Assembly (NCBI GenBank): GCA_963780765.1
Contig: CAWADI010000001.1
Span: 960-64,959, forward strand
Direction of reading: 5' to 3'
DNA length: 64,000 nt
Source: an uncultured Alphaproteobacteria bacterium
Lineage (GTDB): Bacteria; Pseudomonadota; Alphaproteobacteria; Rhizobiales; Aestuariivirgaceae
Of the stretch, positions 12,661-21,093 are shown one piece after another (position 1 is the stretch's first letter; the number at the start of each line of letters is the position of its first letter). Both the position numbers and the translations under genes were made by a program. Under the pieces are notes generated by a model, which saw only the letters and a program-made list of their open reading frames with translations, searched no databases and was not told the DNA's origin.

Positions 12661-13032
12661 TCACATCGCGAAGACGGTTTTCCGGACCTTCTGCGGAGCA
12701 AGCAGCGCATCTTCGACCGATGCCTTCACTCCGGGACCCAGTCGCTGCAGCGTCACTTGCGCGCCATTGGCAAAGCGCACGCCGTCGTGAAAGAAATCGC
12801 TCTCGAGACGCGCGAAGGTCACGAGCTCCGTGGCCTTCACATCGAGAGCGCTCTGGATCGCTTGCGGAATATTCTCGAGTTTGAGGCGCGTGTCATAGGC
12901 CATGCAAATGGCCGTCTTCGCATCGTCGGGCGCGATGAACCCGACGCTGCCGCTCGTAAAGCGGCTCGTCACATACTGCTCGCCTTCCCAGGCGGGCCGG
13001 AAGCGATAGGCTTCCAACGAATAGTCGCACAT
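12661..13032 (-). CDS. Conserved hypothetical protein starting MCDYSL
   Basis: MCDYSLEAYRFRPAWEGEQYVTSRF... I recall the MCDYSL N-terminus as a recurrent uncharacterised family in rhizobia. This cannot be verified here. Confidence 0.55.
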   Translation of the reverse strand: MCDYSLEAYRFRPAWEGEQYVTSRFTSGSVGFIAPDDAKTAICMAYDTRLKLENIPQAIQSALDVKATELVTFARLESDFFHDGVRFANGAQVTLQRLGPGVKASVEDALLAPQKVRKTVFAM

Positions 13033-13346
13033 GATGCCCATCCTTTTATGAAGGCTCCTCCCAGCGAGGAACCGATCGTGAAAGTATGAGCCCGCGAGCC
13101 ACCCAAATTATGACGGTCAAGTACGAATTAATGTTGCTCCACGTCGAGCTCGCCAGCCGCACCCAGCAGGGCCGGCCCGAGCGGTGCTGATTTCGCGGCG
13201 ATCCAGTCGATCGGAACTGCGCTTCGATCTTAAGCTGTCCGAGATTGCGCCTTCCAGACGACGTTGTCTTCGAAACGGCGAGAAGGACGTGCGCTGTTCG
13301 CAGTCAGCTCACATTCGATTTGACTGCGGGTCGTGCAGAAAGTGTT

Positions 13347-14244
13347 TCAACGTCCGCTGGGCGGCGACTGGGACTCAACAGGCGTTGCTCGGCTGAAGTA
13401 CTTGAAGAATTCCGAATTCGCATCGAGGACCAGCGTCGTGTTCGCACCACGCAAGCTTTTCGCGTAGGCCTGCATCGAACGATAGAACGAAAAGAATTCT
13501 GGATCTCTGACGAACGCGTCGGCAAACACCCTGTTCCGCTCGGCATCGCCGCGACCCCGAATGATTTCTGATTCACGGCTTGCCTTGGAGACGAGCTCAA
13601 CCAGTGCGCGATCAGCCTCGGCGCGAAATCTTGATGCTTTGAGATTCACCGATAGCACGAAGTTTGGCCGCCTCGGCAAGGCGCTCGGCCGCCATACGAT
13701 CGTAAGTGTCCTGCAACACCCCGGACAGAAGATCGGTCCGCTGGATTCGTACGTCAATCACCTCGACGCCCAGCGATATCGCCTCCGCACGCACCTGATC
13801 GCGGATCTCCCGCATCATGATCGGGCGATCGAGGCTCAACGCAGCGTCGAAAGTGCGACGGCCATAGGTCTGCCGCAGCGCTGCATCCAGTCGGGTTTCG
13901 ATGCGCTCTTGCGCGCGTGCCAGCGAGGCGCCGACCCTTTCCCGGAACGCTCGCGAATTGACGACCCGCATCATGGTGATGGCGCCAACCTCATAGCGCC
14001 TTCCATCGGCCACCTGCACGGTCCTGTCCGGGCTCGCGAAGAACATGACCCGATCTTCGATCAGGATGCGTTTCTCGACGAACGGAAGTTTGAAATAGAG
14101 TCCGGGCTCACTGATTTCACGCCGGATTTCGCCAAGCCGTACAACAAGCGCCTTCTCTCGTTCATCAACGATGAAAACCGATGAATAGAGCAGCACCAGG
14201 GTGGCACCAAGAAGGATGACGCTAGCGGATTTTGACGCGTTCAT
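13347..14244 (-). pseudogene. SPFH/Band-7 protein, HflC-like, with one frame break
   Basis: N-terminal TM plus VFIVDEREKALVVRLGEIRREISEPGLYFKLPF...VIDVRIQRTDL in ORF 13612..14244. The continuation RAEADRALVELVSKASRESEIIRGRGDAERNRVFADAF...FFKYF is in ORF 13347..13757. The junction is at the aaat run 13626-13629 (one extra base). No hflK is adjacent. Confidence 0.8.
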
Positions 14245-14420
14245 TGACAGCTGGCTACGGTCCTTCGGCCGACTTTACTATGTAGCCGGTGACATTCAAA
14301 AGCTTCTCGCGAAGAAGTCGTAGTTGTCACACTCGGCGAGGCTCGCTCGGCGGTGCTCTCGATCACGTACCAACGGTCACACCTGAGCAGGGCTCCAGCA
14401 TCGTGCCCCGCACCTCGGGG

Positions 14421-14453
14421 AGCGCCCCAATTTTCGGGGCGCTTTCGTTTCTC
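14421..14453 (+). terminator. Terminator-like hairpin, duplicate of the hsp20 terminator
   Basis: AGCGCCCC-aattttc-GGGGCGCT followed by TTCGTTTCTC. It is nearly identical to 17698..17730, and the homology continues into agcgacgtctga..cgag. No intact + strand gene precedes it. Confidence 0.5.
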
Positions 14454-15026
14454 TGAACTTGATAAGCGAGTCTGAATAAGCGACGTCTGAACGAGCTAAT
14501 GCGGGTTATCAATGCCTCTTGGAATCTCCAGAATCCCCGGACAACCTCACCGCTCCGCGAGCTCGTCAAGAGGAAGGCGCGGGGCCAGAAAATCGAAATC
14601 CCGCGCCACGTCGAGCCGGCGCCGGCAGCGTGGGTTACGGCTTCGTTACGCTCGCAATCTTCGGTTTCGGCCTTTCACTACCTTTGCTGGTAGCTTTAGC
14701 TTTCAGTTCGGCCCAACGCCTCCTGAACGCGACTGCGATCGCGCCACAGCCACAAGCCGCGCCACGCAGGGCCAGCTTCAACTTGCTCTGGATATCCACG
14801 ATTATTGCCTTTCGATGCGATGGGGAAAGAGGTTTCTCCAACCTGGGCTGCAAGTATACGTGACGAAAGAGTGCTCGGCTGTGCAAAACAGCACGTCGAG
14901 CCTGCCGCAGTCCTGAATCGCGGGGATTCAGCGAGAAGACGATCGATCACACCAATCGCACAATCGGAGCCGCTAATTGTCAAAGTAACAAGCTACCAAC
15001 TATGGCTTGCTCAAAATTGCTCACAT

Positions 15027-15694
15027 TCACCTTCTGATCTGCGGTTGATCGTGCAGAACGACGCTCAGCAAGGAACTGTGAACATTCAGGTGGCCGTTGT
15101 AATCGATAAAGCCCAATTGCCGAAACTGTTCATGAAATAGCTCACACGGGACCGCGTGGTGCCGATCATGTCCGCGAGCGTCTCTTGGCTGACCTTCGCA
15201 ATGATCGGCTCGGGTCTGCCTTCCTTGCCAAAATTAGCTAGTAACAGAAGAGCCCGTGCCAGGCGCTTCTCACTCGAATTGAACAGTTGATCGACCAAGT
15301 CCTCTTCGACGCGGATGGTCCGAGCCAAAAGATGCGATAGGAACATCTCGGAAAATGCTGGCTCGTCATGGAGGACGCGGATAATGGCCGCCTTCTCCAG
15401 CCGCATAATCTCGCATTCCGTTATTGCCGTAGCTGTCGCCATGCGTCGCGGCTGGCCGGCCAGGCAACCTTCGCCGCAGAATTCATCCAGCCCCAGGATA
15501 GCGACGACCGCTTCCTTCCCTTGCTCGGAAATGACGGTGACTTTGACCTTGCCGTCCTGAATGTAGAAGACAGAATCTGCCAGATCTCCTTGTGAGAACA
15601 CGATTTGATTCACTGGATATTTGGCGATGGTCCTCCCCCCGTCTGCCTTGGCAAGAAAGACCTTGGGATCGAACGGTGGCTTTGCTTTGTTCAT
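15027..15694 (-). pseudogene. Crp/Fnr-family transcriptional regulator with a frame break in the C-terminal HTH
   Basis: The cNMP-binding part (FSQGDLADSVFYIQDGKVKV...) and the HTH start (TLADMIGTTRSRVSYFMN) are in ORF 15086..15721. The expected tail FRQLGFIDYNGHLNVHSSLLSVVLHDQPQIRR* is in the next frame, ending at 15027. The junction atgaacagtttcgg (about 15121-15133) looks like a missing base. Confidence 0.8.
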
Positions 15695-15960
15695 AGCAGG
15701 ACCTCTTTGCTTGACCTCCATTTACACTGAGGAACATGGGCCAAAATTATAGCATCGTTGGCATTCTAAGAAACTGGAATCGATGAGAGATAAGTTTCGG
15801 TCTGGACCCCCTCGTGACGCTGGGCCAGCGCCATCGTTCAAAATCCAAAAAATAGCACCGTCTTACGTTCAATTGGCACGTCTCGTCGTTTTGCTGCGGT
15901 GCAACGCTTGGGCAGAAGTCGAAGGTTGAGCGGACCTTCCACGGACTTGCGCGGCCACCC

Positions 15961-16170
15961 CTAAGCAGACGCTTTTTTCAAAGCATCCGACAATTCAACC
16001 GGATCAAGGGAGACAATCCTGCCCACACCATAGGCGCCCGCCCGTGGCGGCAGATAGATTGTGGTGCCGATTCGACGGTATGCCTCGAACACCAAATCGC
16101 CGATCTGCTCTTCATGCAAGAACGGGGTTGAGCTTTTTCTCGTGCTGCGATTGAAGAAGTGACGGCTCAT
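15961..16170 (-). CDS. Small hypothetical protein, paralog of 2456..2713
   Basis: See 2456..2713. The conserved C-terminal 47 aa are retained and the N-terminus is shorter. Confidence 0.5.
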   Translation of the reverse strand: MSRHFFNRSTRKSSTPFLHEEQIGDLVFEAYRRIGTTIYLPPRAGAYGVGRIVSLDPVELSDALKKASA

Positions 16171-16185
16171 CGTAGATAGCGTGTG

Positions 16186-16536
16186 CTAAGGCATCGCCGG
16201 AGCGCTCTGCATTTCAGGCCGCCAGCGGATCATTTGTTCCTCATATTCGCGCGTTGAAAATCGATATCCAGGATCAGGCAAAAGCGTGACTTTCTCGAAC
16301 CTTGATACTAGTCGATTTGTCGGTGCGCACATTTCCAACGATCTTTTGCAAAGGTGCGCAGGATCGGTCACTCCCTCGTCGAAAAACCGGATGATCAGAA
16401 GCGCCAATTCCTGACGTGCGCCTTGCAGACTCTTGTAATCTGCTGGAAGAGCATCGAACGCTGTGTCGAACGCCCAACCCATTGTTCGTAAATCCTGGGG
16501 ATAATAGGCATGGCAATGCTTGCCTAATGAGTTCAT
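16186..16536 (-). CDS. Small hypothetical protein (116 aa from MNSLGKH)
   Basis: Internal ATG at 16536. Distant similarity to 8334..8594. Confidence 0.5.
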   Translation of the reverse strand: MNSLGKHCHAYYPQDLRTMGWAFDTAFDALPADYKSLQGARQELALLIIRFFDEGVTDPAHLCKRSLEMCAPTNRLVSRFEKVTLLPDPGYRFSTREYEEQMIRWRPEMQSAPAMP

Positions 16537-17195
16537 TTGAGTCCCTCCGTTGCCCTCGGTGCCGTCCACTTTCTGCTATGGATTACGCCGTTGACTACAG
16601 GGAGTGTGATCGGGATTTTGGGGCAGATGTGATGGTAGCCAATCGCTTTCAATGGCGCTGGTCAAAATTGATCACAACCCGCATCCCTGATTGCATGCTT
16701 GTCGCAAGGGACCTTGGCGCCTTTGCCGTTCAGCTGCAAACCTGGGAGTTGTCGTTTTCCGTTCGCTGTTCAATTCTGTCTGATGGTCCTGGGAACCACA
16801 GCACCAGGGGAATGATCAGTACCCCCAAGAACCCCGCTAAGCCCGCGTCCGCTGTATCGGTTATAGCCATAGTACCGCCGCTGCCGAACCATCTGGACGA
16901 CAATCAACAGAGTGCTCATTCAATACTCCGCACTGCTCTCTCTTAGTGCAATACTCCGCACTCACCTTGAAAGCTCTTCCCCGATGTTTGGATCCTGCAT
17001 TTTCAGGTTTTGGACGAGTTTATTTTCTTCATCCCGGCGTTACCCCTTGTGCCCCAGCTCTTGAGGCCCACCTATTGTAGGCGGACAAGAATAATCAAAA
17101 CCCAACCGCCCCATTCTTCATCATCTACTCAGATCGAACCCGAGACTGGTCCTGAAAGTGGACAGCTCCGGCTTGGCCAATAAGGAAGTCATGCT

Positions 17196-17672
17196 ATGCA
17201 TACATTCGACTTTGCTCCCTTCTACCGTTCAACCGTCGGCTTTGACCGACTGTTCTCCGCACTCGACCAGCAGTTCGTGGGCATGGAAGGCCCGGCGCCG
17301 AGCTATCCCCCATACGATATCGAGCGAACCGGCGAGAACGCCTATCGCATCTGGGTCGCTGTCGCCGGCTTCACCGACGCTGATCTCTCAATCGAGGCGA
17401 AGGAGAGCACGCTGACAATCCGCGGCGAGAAGCAGACGAACGACGAGGAGACGACCGGCGACTTGCTCTACCGGGGCATCGCCGCCGCGCGGAACTTCGA
17501 GCGCAGCTTTCAGCTGGCAGACCATGTTGAAGTCATGGGTGCGAGCTTGGAGAACGGACTCCTGCACGTCGACCTCGTGCGCGAGATCCCGGAGGTGATG
17601 AAACCACGGGTGATCCCGATCATGAGCACTCGTAAGGTCCTCGAGGTCAAGCCGACAAAGGTCGCTGCCTGA
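17196..17672 (+). CDS. Small heat-shock protein, Hsp20/alpha-crystallin family (IbpA-like class A)
   Basis: MHTFDFAPFYRSTVGFDRLFSALDQ...YPPYDIERTGENAYRIWVAVAGF...LLYRGIAAARNFERSFQLADHVEV.GASLENGLLHVDL. Confidence 0.92.
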   Translation: MHTFDFAPFYRSTVGFDRLFSALDQQFVGMEGPAPSYPPYDIERTGENAYRIWVAVAGFTDADLSIEAKESTLTIRGEKQTNDEETTGDLLYRGIAAARNFERSFQLADHVEVMGASLENGLLHVDLVREIPEVMKPRVIPIMSTRKVLEVKPTKVAA

Positions 17673-17697
17673 GGCTCCTGCCCGGCGAAATTAAGGG

Positions 17698-17730
17698 AGC
17701 GCCCCAGGTTTTGGGGCGCTTTCGTTTTTC
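17698..17730 (+). terminator. Rho-independent terminator of hsp20
   Basis: AGCGCCCC-aggtttt-GGGGCGCT followed by TTCGTTTTTC, 26 nt after the hsp20 stop. Confidence 0.7.
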
Positions 17731-17833
17731 ATGAGCGACGTCTGATCCGAGATGTGCGGTGTAAGAGAAGCAGCCCCTGATGACATCGCCAGAGACGCGC
17801 ACGCTTCAGAACCCTATGCGCGGGCGGGTCCTT

Positions 17834-18061
17834 CTATTCAAGATTGGTCACGAGTTCTTCGATAAGGCCTCGCACCGTCTGCGGGCTGCCGTCCGTGCGG
17901 ACCTTGTCCCGGGTTCGAAGAGCGAGCTTCTCGTAGCTGCCGGTCGGTACTTCCACGCATACTTGAGTAAGCTTCTTGTTGGGCGGTGGAGCAAGCAAAG
18001 CCGTGCCGGCCATCGCAGCAATCACGATGGCCAGCACAGTGATCGGTGGGGACAGAGTCAT
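17834..18061 (-). CDS. Small membrane-anchored hypothetical protein (75 aa)
   Basis: MTLSPPITVLAIVIAAMAGTALLAPPP... is one predicted TM helix. The start is chosen inside ORF 17834..18160. Confidence 0.4.
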   Translation of the reverse strand: MTLSPPITVLAIVIAAMAGTALLAPPPNKKLTQVCVEVPTGSYEKLALRTRDKVRTDGSPQTVRGLIEELVTNLE

Positions 18062-18188
18062 CAAAGCTCCTTTCACTCGGGCGATAGCAAAAAGGCAAAG
18101 CTCCGGGTCCCGGTGCCGTAGCGCGAAGCTACGCGATGCCTCCGTTTCCTGAAAATGCAAAAACCCGCGCGTGGCTCAACGGGTATGA

Positions 18189-18517
18189 AACTTGACGGCT
18201 GACAGCCTATCGAGTCCAGCGGCTGCCTCCTATATGTATTGCACAAAGCATGAGGCGCGGTATGCGGATTGAGATGCGCGTTGAGCGAAACGGCAGGTCA
18301 ATTTTTCGAGCTGAGTATTATACGGAAGTGGGATTAAGTTTCGCCGAATACTCTAAGATGGCTTTGAAGGAGTTCCATCGGCAGCACCCGGAAGTATCGC
18401 TGCTTGATGATGACGTTTGGCTCAAGTTCGATAAGGTTCGATAAGTTATGCCCAAAGGAGCAAAAGGCGAACGGCGAACGACAGACGTGATCGGCAATGC
18501 TGTGAAGGTTATGCGGA
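18189..18517 (+). repeat. Direct repeat copy B (329 bp), partner at 10982..11308
   Basis: Same sequence as copy A with a few substitutions and small indels. It ends about 40 nt before the SagB-like gene stop. Confidence 0.85.
18262..18444 (+). CDS. Small hypothetical protein (60 aa), second copy
   Basis: MRIEMRVERNGRSIFRAEYYTEVGLSFAEYSKMALKEFHRQHPEVSLLDDDVWLKFDKVR. Confidence 0.5.
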   Translation: MRIEMRVERNGRSIFRAEYYTEVGLSFAEYSKMALKEFHRQHPEVSLLDDDVWLKFDKVR

Positions 18518-18558
18518 TAGCTGTTCTATCCGACTTGCTGAGACGGATGTCAGGGGGC

Positions 18559-20301
18559 TCATCGTTCATCCTCCAACTTGTACGCTGGTAACGTCGTGAG
18601 CCGTTTGTCCTCGACGGGGCCACCCACCGTGAAGTGGTAGAAGCTCTGCCAGTCGCGCGAAGAGATGCCGAACACCTCGTGAACGGGATCATCGAAGTAG
18701 CAGCCGATCCCGGTAGAACGAATGCTCGCCTCTTCAGCTTCGAGGTACAGCACCTGGCCTACGAGACCGGCCTCCCAGAAGAGATTTCGATAGAACGCAG
18801 CGCCGTAGGTAACCAAGCTGTCCATGTAGTCGGCGATCATCCCTAGGCTGAAGGCCCCATCTCCCGCGATGTCCTGACCGCAGGAGACGCTCGCGGCCAG
18901 AGCGCGGCAGTCCCCTTCTTTGAGCAGGTACAGCGGGAGCCCACGCGGGCACGACGGAGGGCGCCGCCACAGGAACTCGCGCCGCATCGCTTGCTGGAGC
19001 GGCTCGACCTTCTCCGGATCGCGAGCAAGCGTGTAGAGACCAGGAGAAAGGTCGTTCACGCGGTGCACGAAGAGGCCCAGGTGGATGCGTGGGCGCCAGG
19101 GAATAGCGTCCCACGGCACGGATCGCCCGTCTCGGGTGGGCACGAGACGAGCGAGCATCCGGAAGAACGTCGCCGCGGAAATTGCGGTGGATGCGTCCAT
19201 GCTCACGGCGCTTCTGCGGCCCAGAATGACTTTCTTCGCGGTGAACGCACCGGATCGAACTGGCGGCTCGAAGAGTTCCCCCTCCGAAGGAAACCCGGAG
19301 AAATCTTCGTCGATCGCAGTCGTCGGATTCGTAGTGGCAGCAGCAACCTCGTCGATCACCGGCCAGTCGACGCTGTGCTCGGAACTCAGCACGTCGGCCG
19401 TGCCATACCATCGTGAAGCGGCCCCCTGGGATGCGACCTCTTTGGATAAGCAGAGGCCCCGGTCACTGGCCCAGTTCTCCCGGACGACAACTGCCAAGAG
19501 TTCGGAATGTTCTCGCTCCGCGTCGGCGTAGTCGGCGTCGCGGTTGAGTCCGAGAAGCTGTGACATTGCGTCTACACGGTCGAGGAGGAAGAGTTTCCAG
19601 CCCAGGGCGGCAGCCGCGAAGCGCAGAGTCCCAAGGGCATGACCCACGTCATGTTGGCAGTACCGGAACGCGCGCTCGCCATACTTCCAGGCCTCTCGCC
19701 AATGAATGGACGAGAGCCCCACAAGGAATGAATCCTCCGGAAACGCGGCCATCAGGGCAGTCCAGTCCGACGGGTCAACATCGGCTCGACGCTCGAGACC
19801 GTGTTCCTTCGGTGCGTAGTGGTAGACGCCGGGACGGTCGTGGACGGCGCCAACGGCAGGCAGGAGCGCATATCCCTCCGTCGGGTGCAGGTTTCCGCTC
19901 GAGGGGTTGGCGCGAAGAGACCACGTCGTTTCGTGGAACCGTTTCCACGCGGTCAGCGAGAGGGCATAGCGGAAGAACAGCGAGACGGAGTCAATCGAAA
20001 GCGGGGCTGGCTCCATGCTGTCGGCGACGTAGAGCTGCCAGTATGGAAGTGCTTGCCCCATCTCAGGGAGAGGGAGGCGAACCAGCGACGCTCCCTCGTA
20101 GCGACGGAACGGATCTGGCTGCGTAGCCCAATCCATGTAGCCAACCGACGCGGCGAAGCGGTGGAAGTGGTGCTTCGTCCGTTCGTGATAGGCGACCACG
20201 AGTTCCTCTGCAGACAGGCTGCTCGCTTGCGAGTGGTCCGGCGAAACCTCCGGTTCACCGTAGAGAGGCAGGCGACCTAGCACCATCGACGTCTTCGTCA
20301 C
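18559..20301 (-). CDS. SagB/ThcOx-type (tandem nitroreductase-fold) dehydrogenase, 580 aa
   Basis: YHERTKHHFHRFA...NPSSGNLHPTE in the N-terminal half, and a second nitroreductase-like half ...FYRNLFWEAGLVGQVLYLEAEEASIRSTGIGCYFDD. GTG start at 20301. Intact. Confidence 0.85.
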   Translation of the reverse strand: MTKTSMVLGRLPLYGEPEVSPDHSQASSLSAEELVVAYHERTKHHFHRFAASVGYMDWATQPDPFRRYEGASLVRLPLPEMGQALPYWQLYVADSMEPAPLSIDSVSLFFRYALSLTAWKRFHETTWSLRANPSSGNLHPTEGYALLPAVGAVHDRPGVYHYAPKEHGLERRADVDPSDWTALMAAFPEDSFLVGLSSIHWREAWKYGERAFRYCQHDVGHALGTLRFAAAALGWKLFLLDRVDAMSQLLGLNRDADYADAEREHSELLAVVVRENWASDRGLCLSKEVASQGAASRWYGTADVLSSEHSVDWPVIDEVAAATTNPTTAIDEDFSGFPSEGELFEPPVRSGAFTAKKVILGRRSAVSMDASTAISAATFFRMLARLVPTRDGRSVPWDAIPWRPRIHLGLFVHRVNDLSPGLYTLARDPEKVEPLQQAMRREFLWRRPPSCPRGLPLYLLKEGDCRALAASVSCGQDIAGDGAFSLGMIADYMDSLVTYGAAFYRNLFWEAGLVGQVLYLEAEEASIRSTGIGCYFDDPVHEVFGISSRDWQSFYHFTVGGPVEDKRLTTLPAYKLEDER

Positions 20302-20466
20302 GTGCTGCAGCGCTCGCGGGTGGGCTCCGGTGTGTTTGGCATCGTTCGCTTGCTCCTCTCACATGCAACACGAGTTCTCGCTAGCCGCAGCGAGGGCATT
20401 GGTAGTGGCTGTGAATCCACTCCATCTGACGAGAGAGGTCGGGCAGCGGTCTGCCATCGACGTCTC

Positions 20467-21093
20467 CTAGACCGTGCGCTGGTAGAAGGGTTTCTCGCCG
20501 GCCGCGTGGTCCGTCGTGTCCACGATGTCGACAATCTCCGGTGCCACCCTGCGCACCATGACCTCGAATCCCTGTCGCAAGGTTACGGAAGAGGCAGCGC
20601 AACCCTGGCAGCCTCCGCTCATCGCAATGAAGAGGTTGCCGTGCCGAACGTCGACGATTGAGATCTTCCCGCCATGGCTTGCGATGGAACGATTCACTTC
20701 GCGGTCCAGGAGTTCCTGAACGCACGCACGAATCTCGCCGTCGGTTCGGCCCCGCGCGCCTGCGTTGCGAGGAGCCTCGAAGATCGCGGGCACGCCTGTG
20801 AGCAGCTGCGTCCGGATGGCCGCGCCGATTGCCGATTTCAGCGCCGACCACGCGACACCCGGGTCCTTTCCAATCGTCACCACGGTCTCGGCCATGAGCA
20901 CATGGGAAACGCCCGGAAGGGCGAAGAGCCGCTCGACGAGGGGCGAGCCGGATGCCCGATCCTTGCTGTCGAAAAAGAACGGGCCACCCGGATGCACCGT
21001 CCGGCTGACCGTGAACTTGCACGTGTCGGGGTCGGCCTGCGATGTCTCGGCGCGGATCGTGATCGTCGGGTCGAACGGTAGGACTTCAGACAT
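20467..21093 (-). CDS. Nfu/NifU-type Fe-S scaffold/carrier (Nfu_N + NifU C-terminal domain)
   Basis: The C-terminal domain has the ...IAMSGGCQGCAASSVTL CxxC motif. The ATG at 21093 overlaps the upstream stop (ATGTCTGA), implying translational coupling with the Mrp gene. Confidence 0.85.
   Translation of the reverse strand: MSEVLPFDPTITIRAETSQADPDTCKFTVSRTVHPGGPFFFDSKDRASGSPLVERLFALPGVSHVLMAETVVTIGKDPGVAWSALKSAIGAAIRTQLLTGVPAIFEAPRNAGARGRTDGEIRACVQELLDREVNRSIASHGGKISIVDVRHGNLFIAMSGGCQGCAASSVTLRQGFEVMVRRVAPEIVDIVDTTDHAAGEKPFYQRTV

Noticed and set aside
15727-15770. General-stress (EcfG-type) promoter GGAAC...CGTT upstream of the crp-like gene region. Similar motifs were sought upstream of the small ORFs.
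   Set aside because: The only GGAAC/CGTT pair found has a 20-nt spacer instead of 16-17. No properly spaced motif was seen upstream of the small-ORF genes that I inspected.
16770-16919. 49-aa ORF MSTLLIVVQMVRQRRYYGYNRYSGRGLSGVLGG... with a duplicated 14-bp CAATACTCCGCACT motif (16921-16934 and 16949-16962) just upstream. It resembles small Gly/Tyr-rich membrane proteins only if 2-3 frame shifts are assumed.
   Set aside because: It is too short, and too many ad hoc frame changes are needed. Kept only as a note.
17040-17195. ROSE-type RNA thermometer or RpoH promoter upstream of hsp20
   Set aside because: The leader length (about 120 nt) is compatible. However, I could not find an anti-SD stretch pairing with the AAGGAAG Shine-Dalgarno. 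The CTTG...CCTAT elements are 21 nt apart, not the 17-18 nt expected for an alphaproteobacterial RpoH promoter.
18559-20301. A TOMM/RiPP (thiazole/oxazole peptide) biosynthetic cluster, on account of the SagB-type dehydrogenase
   Set aside because: No YcaO cyclodehydratase, E1-like partner, protease or ABC exporter is adjacent. Only a speculative 14-codon upstream ORF exists, and that is reported separately at low confidence.
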